This document shows positions 43,133 through 52,100 of a DNA stretch of 64,000 nt, piece after piece. The translations under genes were made by a program, and so were the position numbers. Position 1 is the first letter of the stretch. Each line of letters opens with the position of its first letter. The DNA is taken from assembly GCF_001194135.2 (NCBI RefSeq), contig NC_068983.1, forward strand, positions 92,951,862-93,015,861, given 5' to 3'. The stretch is from Octopus bimaculoides. Its lineage: Eukaryota. Under the pieces are notes generated by a model that was given only the letters and a program-made list of their open reading frames with translations, did not search any database and was not told the origin of the DNA.

Positions 43133-46100
43133 CTTTATTTCTTGGCTAATTTCTGGAAGAAAATCAGCATTTTTTTGTATGTGCTGCTGATAAGGAAAAC
43201 CGCACATGCATGGTAATTTTTGAAAAATTAAACATATAAGCACAAGTTATGTTTCTATGTAGTGCCTCGTGTTTATATGTTAATCTAGGCTATTCCGCTG
43301 ATGATAGTTTGCCTTGTAAAATATTTTATTTTGCTAAAATAACTTGAAACCTGGTTCAGAATATAGATGGTAAAAGTTTCTATTTTTCATTCCCTTTTGA
43401 AATTATCCCTAATTGTGGGGTAGAGTTTTGGCTGCTCTTTCTAGCGGGTTAGATGTCCTATTATAGGCATCTCTGATGTGTTTAAATGTACACTCTATTT
43501 TATATATATATATATAGATAGATATATTTATGTATACTTACCAACAATTAATGCAGATGTAAGATCTAATGTTCTTGGTCCTTGTTCAGGTGGTTCATTC
43601 CAAACCTTCTCACCTTGAGTGTCAAGTTTAAGCCAAGCTTGCTTGCGATTTCGCTCAACATGTACAGTATGCCAACGGTCATCATTCAATCCAGCTGATG
43701 TCTTAGCCTCTAATACCCTTTCACCATCACCTGCATTGAACTGGAATTTCACTGTGTTACCATCTAATTGATGTAAATAGAAGGTTTTAAAAATAAAATA
43801 TTACAAATGAAATTTATACATTTTAAATGACAGAGTTAAATATTATCTCTGAAAAACAAATATAGATAAAATGACTGCAAAAATAACAAAAGTTTTTAAG
43901 ATGATGTCATTAACAAATCACAGAACCCGGCACCTACAGTTAATTTGTGCAGAATCAATTTTCCTTCATTTAAACTCCAAATTTCATTATGCCTTCTTTA
44001 GTATTACCCATGAGATGGTTTAAGTAAAGGATTAGCTTTGTTTAGCTTAAGCGTCGACTTCATGACTTCATAATTAAATGGAATTGATAAATAAAACAGA
44101 AAGTCTATCTAACTCTGTCATGTTGTCACATCTGTCTTAACAAATCAACAACATATTGATTTTGTTTACTGCAAAAGGCAAGTAATTTTAATGTAGTGAC
44201 TAACTGTTCATCTACTTCAGTTGCTATATTAATACTTTCTAACCTAATACATATAATTTAGGCTACTCTGAAACTGCTGGATCTATCCTTTCTTGAGTCA
44301 TAACCACTCTTCAGTGAGATGATTCTGTCTCACCCATCAAAGACTCAGTGTGTGTGTACTTCATACTTATAATTCTTAAATTTTAAAAAAGCATACTTAA
44401 CTAAAATTTAATTCATCACCTAGATTGGTGATCTAATGGTGATATTCATGATAAACTAACCAGTTAAACCAATGATGGAAATAGGTTTAGGAACAAGCAG
44501 TATACAAAGGCCTGTAGGGATGAGACTGGAAAGAAATAGGATTAAATATTATAAACAACCCTGTACTGTAAGTTGAAAAAGGAGGGGAACACTATTCCCT
44601 GGCATACGTCTATTTCCATCAATGAGCTAAACATTTCTCTTTTTTCGCCCACATAATAACAAGTCTTTTAAATCTCTAACACTGAATTTTGAAAAGTTCA
44701 ACTGTGCATTAGCTTATTAACTTCAGCCAACAATAACTATATATTAAGGTCTGAAAAGATTCTGGGCTCTGCTTCTTATCAGACAAATAATTAGAATATA
44801 GAAAGGCCTGAAAAAATTTCTTAACACCACCCATCTAAATAAATAAAACCAAAAACAAGCAAAACTTTCTGGATCAACAAATGAAATAAAATGTATTGAC
44901 TGAAAATTGTTAACAAATACATCCATAACATAATTAGATTAATCACAAAGTTGAAATAATTGCAATCTTTATCAGAATCTTTTTTTTCTTTTAGATTTAT
45001 TCAAGAGGAAGAGGACTTTATCCATAATATAGTTGATGCTCAGCTTGAAGATCAGCAAATTGATAATAACTGAGATGACACTGGTGGGGATGGAATTTCA
45101 GAGGGTTCAATGTTCTGGAGAGGAAGGATTACATGTGGTGGTTAAAGTGGGGGTCAATGTAGATAAATAGTTATGGGTGAGAAAAGGTGGAGAGACAAGT
45201 ATGGTAGATGGGATTGGATAGGGATGGTGTAAATCTAGATATTTCTGAGTAGAGAACTTTGTAATAGTAGTAGAAAAAGCAGAATGAAAAGAAAATGGAT
45301 TTATGGACTAGTGGTTGGTGCATGCTGGTGAGGGAGTCATTACCAATCACTTCAGGTGTGGCCTATGATGTTCATATGTGTAACAGCAGTATAAACGCAT
45401 TTATGAGCAGTATTTCACTGTGGGTTACAGCTCAGCTTTGTTAAGAGTCAGTTACTATTTGGGGCAGAAGTATTTACTAGCTCTAAAGAAGGCTTGTCTT
45501 TAGGTCACAGGTTTTAGTATGTTGGGAATGTGAAATTCTCGGCAGTGATCATCAGTGATTATGAGGTTAGCATTTCTAATGACTTAGATTTAACTGAGTG
45601 TTGTCTAACATTAGAGAATAGAAAGTGCAATGTACAGTAGAAAGAATATGGAGGACACAAATGAACCTTAGAGTACACCTGAGGAGATGTAAAACTAGAT
45701 CTATATGACAGCTACTTATTCTTAATTAATTGTCTTATAAACTCAGGCTACACTGTCACAGTACCAAAATCAATAGATCTGACAGACACTATTTTAACTT
45801 TCATTTTTTACTAGAATTTTCTGAAGAAATATTTAGTAACACTAGAACTAGATAATATATCTGTCTGCTTTTAAAAGATAGCAAGTATATTGCTAGAGCT
45901 TTAATGGACTTTATATTTAAGAACACAAACTTGAAGTAATCCTACAAAAATATAACCATAAATTTGGGATTTTCCATTTTTTTTTTATAACAGATAAAAG
46001 CATTGTAGTTGATTTATCTGACATATTTTAGATTATTTCAGAAAATGATAAAGAGTATACAAAAATAGGTTTTTGAGGAATTTTTCTTAAAAATCCATTT

Positions 46101-49100
46101 ATTTTCTGTTAAGAAAACATGATATATACAACAATACTTGTGTCATGACACCAAGTTAATAAGACATATAAATTTGAAAATTTAAGATATCAAAGACTAT
46201 TGTGTATTAAAATAGCTAATAAAAAAAATAAAAAGATTTCAAAATTCTTTTAGAATTTACTTATAAAACTAAATAATATGTTATGTTATACATATTAATC
46301 ATAGAATATTCAAGAAAATATCTACCCATAAAAATATCCCCATGGACAGAAGTGGCATTAGGAAGAACAGTTATAGGTGTTATGGAATATAAAAAAGTAA
46401 CTACAATTAATCATAAATACTAAATTATGAAAAGTTTTTAACACAAATAGTGTAAAACTTATTTTTGCAAGACCAAATGTAAGTACACAAAAAGCTACAA
46501 GTAGCCTTCTTCCTACTGCATCACAAACTAGAGAAAGCAAGAAATCTCAGTGATATTGCACAACCTTCTAAAAATAACAGCCATATCTCCCTTAAATTAC
46601 ATCCCACTGTTTTAAAATAAGACACATTAGATAATGTACTCTAAGATATACAAGATCTGAATAAAAGTAAAGAAGAAATATAGTAGATAATGTCTGGAAT
46701 ACTTTTGAACTTTAGATTGCTCAATCAGGGCTGATCTAAGGGTCAACAGCAAAAACTGGGGTAAAAACTCTTACTTAGATTCTATCTGAACCAGGAATGT
46801 AGCTAAACATGAAATAATAAATGGCACTCTGTTGGTTACGAGTGTTCCAGCTGTTCCAATCAACAGAACAGCCTGCTTGTGAAATTAACGTGCAAGTGGC
46901 TATGTGCACCCCTACCCAAATATGGAATAGACAGACATTAAACAACAAAGTACAAACACCTCTTGTCATCTGCTCCTTCAAAAGAAAAAAAAGAAAAAAA
47001 CTAAACAATTCTTTGAGATGAATATCCAATGAAGCAACTGTTAATTTTTGTATATATGAAATTAAATGACATAAAACAAATGAATAAAATAATGCATCCT
47101 TAAGAAAATCCTATAAACAAGAAATAAAATAATCTGACAAAATAAAATACAAGAATCTATAAATATCTTTTCTAATTTGCTAACAAACGTACATGTTCTT
47201 TCAGTCTAGCTGCTGTCTGCAATTGGAAGCAAATTATATTGCTCTGAAATGTGACTGGCTCCACACATTCCACATTACAAAGACTTCCTGTTTACTGAAA
47301 TGAGCCAATAAGGAAGTCCCCCATCAACCCAACAAGGAAAGCCTCCATTGAGCCAATGTGGGAAGCTCCCACTGAGCCAACAAAAGAAGCCTTCGCAAAG
47401 CAAACAAAGAGGCCTCCAATGAGTCAACAAAAGAAGTCTCCATGATTGAGTTTCCACTGGGCCAATGGTGCAGCCATCATTAAGCCAACAAAGGAGTGTC
47501 CATTCAGCTAATGTGAATGGAGACTTAATGGAGCTAACAAGGTTATCTTTATTAAACCAATGAAAGAACCTTTATGTGAACACTTGATTTAGTTGAAATA
47601 GGAACCAAATCTCCCTAAAATCATCACAACATATTATCTTAAAGAAGGAAGGTTATACTGGATAGTTCTTGATACTCTGTCTGAAAAAAAAAAGTAAAGA
47701 TAAGATGGTCATAGTTGGAACACCTTTGGTCACAGGTCTGTTTAATGAGGTTTGACCTAGGTCTAAACAACAGCAGATTTGTGGATAGGAAAATCCCAAT
47801 AAAATTAAGTGAGGATTTCTTGCAAAAACTTTTTGAATATAGATAAATATAATTTAGATCCCCCCCCCACCCCCATATAGAGGATTTCTGTTTTCTCCCT
47901 TATTCTAGCCACTCCAATCCCCAGTCAATGAATGTTTAACTCAGCAAAGTATGGAATCTACAAAGAGACATACTGCATTACAGGAGTCTGTCTTATCAGA
48001 ACACACAAAAAAAAAAAAAAAAAAACTACAATTTTTCTTTTTACACTTTCCTTTAAAAAGGGTGGATTCTGCTTCTTGATCATGTTAGAATAATTCCAAA
48101 TCAAAAGCAATATTTTCAGTAACCAATTCCAACATGATTTTACTCCTTGTGAGTATTCTTCAGTTATATGCTTTAAGAAGTGAAACAAGTTAGAATTTTG
48201 ACATAATTTCCTAAAAACAATGTATGTAAATGGAAGGCATTCTAATGCACAACTGAAAACTAAATTGTAAAATTTTCCCAAGAGAACCTCAAAGATATAC
48301 TAAGACACATATGACAGTAATGACATTAACAACAAAAATATATATATATATCATCATCATCATCATCATCATCATCATCGTTTAACGTCCGCTTTCCATG
48401 CTAGCATGGGCTGGACGATTTGACTGAGGACTGGTGAAACCGGATGGCAACACCAGGCTCCAATCTAATTTGGCAGAGTTTCTACAGCTGGATGCCCTTC
48501 CTAATGCCAACCACTCAGAGAGTGTAGTGGGTGCTTTTACGTGTCACCCGCACGAAGGCCAGTCAGGCGGTACTGGCAACGGCCATGCTCAAAAATGGTG
48601 TCTTTTATGTGCCACCCGCACAAGAGCCAGTCCAGGGGCACTGGCACCGATCTCGCTCGAAAACCCTNNNNNNNNNNNNNNNNNNNNNNNNNNNNNNNNN
48701 NNNNNNNNNNNNNNNNNNNNNNNNNNNNNNNNNNNNNNNNNNNNNNNNNNNNNNNNNNNNNNNNNNNNNNNNNNNNNNNNNNNNNNNNNNNNNNNNNNNN
48801 NNNNNNNNNNNNNNNNNNNNNNNNNNNNNNNNNNNNNNNNNNNNNNNNNNNNNNNNNNNNNNNNNNNNNNNNNNNNNNNNNNNNNNNNNNNNNNNNNNNN
48901 NNNNNNNNNNNNNNNNNNNNNNNNNNNNNNNNNNNNNNNNNNNNNNNNNNNNNNNNNNNNNNNNNNNNNNNNNNNNNNNNNNNNNNNNNNNNNNNNNNNN
49001 NNNNNNNNNNNNNNNNNNNNNNNNNNNNNNNNNNNNNNNNNNNNNNNNNNNNNNNNNNNNNNNNNNNNNNNNNNNNNNNNNNNNNNNNNNNNNNNNNNNN

Positions 49101-52100
49101 NNNNNNNNNNNNNNNNNNNNNNNNNNNNNNNNNNNNNNNNNNNNNNNNNNNNNNNNNNNNNNNNNNNNNNNNNNNNNNNNNNNNNNNNNNNNNNNNNNNN
49201 NNNNNNNNNNNNNNNNNNNNNNNNNNNNNNNNNNNNNNNNNNNNNNNNNNNNNNNNNNNNNNNNNNNNNNNNNNNNNNNNNNNNNNNNNNNNNNNNNNNN
49301 NNNNNNNNNNNNNNNNNNNNNNNNNNNNNNNNNNNNNNNNNNNNNNNNNNNNNNNNNNNNNNNNNNNNNNNNNNNNNNNNNNNNNNNNNNNNNNNNNNNN
49401 NNNNNNNNNNNNNNNNNNNNNNNNNNNNNNNNNNNNNNNNNNNNNNNNNNNNNNNNNNNNNNNNNNNNNNNNNNNNNNNNNNNNNNNNNNNNNNNNNNNN
49501 NNNNNNNNNNNNNNNNNNNNNNNNNNNNNNNNNNNNNNNNNNNNNNNNNNNNNNNNNNNNNNNNNNNNNNNNNNNNNNNNNNNNNNNNNNNNNNNNNNNN
49601 NNNNNNNNNNNNNNNNNNNNNNNNNNNNNNNNNNNNNNNNNNNNAGTGTTTATTGCACCTGAACATCTGCCACATACAAAAACTAACTTCGTAGTTAATC
49701 TGCCTTTGATATTGCTGCACCTCTTATGTGTCCATAGCTTGCACCGGGTACATCTTATAGAGTTACTACCTACTCCTTTTCTACATACTGAGCAGGGCCA
49801 TCTACCTGAAGGGGTTTGTGTTTTATCTACCTTCCTACTTATTAGGATTTTGGTTTTTGCTAGGTTGACTCTAAGGCCCTTCAATTCTAGTCCTTGCTGC
49901 CACACCTGAAACTTCTCCTCTAGTTCTGATAGTGACTCCGCAATTAGTGCAAGGTCATCAGCATAGAGGAGCTCCCAGGGGCAACCTGTCTTGGATTCCT
50001 CTGTGATCATATATAGATATCTTTTAACCACGGTAGTAGTGGAATATATTCTGAAGTCCACCATTTCATCAATTGCAGCAGATTCCAAGCTTCACCACTA
50101 ATTCAGTTCTCAACTAAATTGCAAACTTAATAGTTTTAAAGAGGACACCTCCTCAGCTACACATTGGCATAAATAGTTTGAGTTTTGGTTCAGTAGAAAA
50201 AAAGTTACATCAAAATATCTGTGACCTCAAGTGGGGTAGTAAGGCAGATATTCATCTTGAATTAACGTAAATTTTTTAATTCAAAATTAAAAGTATACTT
50301 TTCTTAGGCTTAAATGATAGAAAAGTGCATGAGGAATTCAGAAGTGTTAGTCACATTGAACAAGAATTAGTAGAAAAACAGTTATGAGGTAAAATGTTAC
50401 AAAATTTAATGTCAGTAAGTAAGGGAGTAACGCTTAAGTAATAATAAAGAATTTACTTCTAAAATGAATGTTTACATTCTAAGGTGGTGAGCTGGCAGAA
50501 ACATCAGCGCGCAGGGTGATATGCTTAGCAGTATTTCGTCTGTCGTTACATTTTTGAGTTCAAATTTCACCGAGGTCAACTTTTATGTAAACGTTTAGTA
50601 AACGTTTTTGACAAAATTTTGTATTTTAGAAGCAGTATTTCGTCTGTCTTTACGCTCTGAGTTCAAATTCCACCGAGGTTGACTTTGCCTTTCATCCATT
50701 TTGGATCTTTTCAATTAAACATACAGATTATTTAATTAATTTTTTTAACTAAACACTTTCAAACTTCCGATACTGGTGGAATGTATCACATAGAACAGGG
50801 TTTACTCTTAACGTCTTTGACAAAATTTTGTATTTTAGAAGTTATTTCGTCAAAAGTTACAGAGTGACAATGGACAAATTTGTTTGATAAGTGATAATAC
50901 ACGAATCTCTCAGCTTTTGACTTACTCTCTAACTTCTGCCAATGATATATATACATATTACAAATATGTGTTAAAAAATCGCATCGCACAATCAAACCAA
51001 TGAAAGAGCCTGATCGCTTGACACGCTAAAAATAGCAGCCAAAGTATCCCCCTACCTAAATCACACGCCCATTGTATGTAATGTCCAAGATTATCCCTAA
51101 AAAGATGGCTGGAATGTTTTTGATGATAGGTTTGCAGTATCAGGGTTAATTTGAGGCTAAATAACAACAAGATTATGGTAAATTTCTATCTTAACACCCG
51201 CATGATTTTCACTAAGACAAAGATTTTTCGTGTGGAATCAAGTACTCTGGACCTCCTAATATGCTGCAAATTCCTTATTTTGGCTCGGAGAAAATGAGGT
51301 AGTGGTAGTGGGGGTCTCCCCCCCCAATCCCGGTATCATTGGAATTTTTTTGTGTTGAATGAATTCCTGTGAACTCCTAATATTGCAAAATTAGGTTAGT
51401 TAAGGTGAGCCTGGTAACTGATGGTTTTGGGGTCTTGTTGTTTGTAACTTTTGGGGAGCCATGGTGCAACCTACAACATGGTAAAAATCCCTGCCATTAA
51501 TTTGGTGTGGATGAGTAATATCAAATTATTCAATCACAACATATATTTAAATTAAACATGAAAAAAATTAATATTATCATCACTTACATGGAAAAATTGA
51601 AATATTATATTTCAGTATTTTATTAGTTAAAATCTTAAATTTTTAACACATTATTAATTATCTTATAACAGTAATGCCTGGAAAAATCATGGATCACACC
51701 TGTAAGAGTATAGGACAAGCTATTACTTCAAGTAAAGTAAAGAATAAGAAACTTTTTACTTAAAATATTGCAGCTAAAATTAAAATTTGAACATTAAAAC
51801 TTATTTTATTATAGTTTACAAATAACACTATACTTATTTAAGTAGAATTTGGCTAATTTACTACCTTAAATACAGAAAAAAGTGACTAATTAGACACACT
51901 TACAAATTAACTGAACAGTTTTGTACAATAAATTTAAAAGATGAGAACTAAGAATGATAAATTAGAAGAACTGACATTCTTTGCTGCAATATTTTAAGTA
52001 AAAAGTTCCTTATTCTTTACTTTACTAGAAGCAATAGCTTGTCCTATACTTTTCCAGGTGTAATAACTTGCCCTGTACTTTTCCAGGTTTATAATCTTAA

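Noticed and set aside
48434-50088. ORFs of 370-500 aa in several frames
   Set aside because: Artefacts of the 978-N gap; only the minus-strand RT/PHD part is meaningful.
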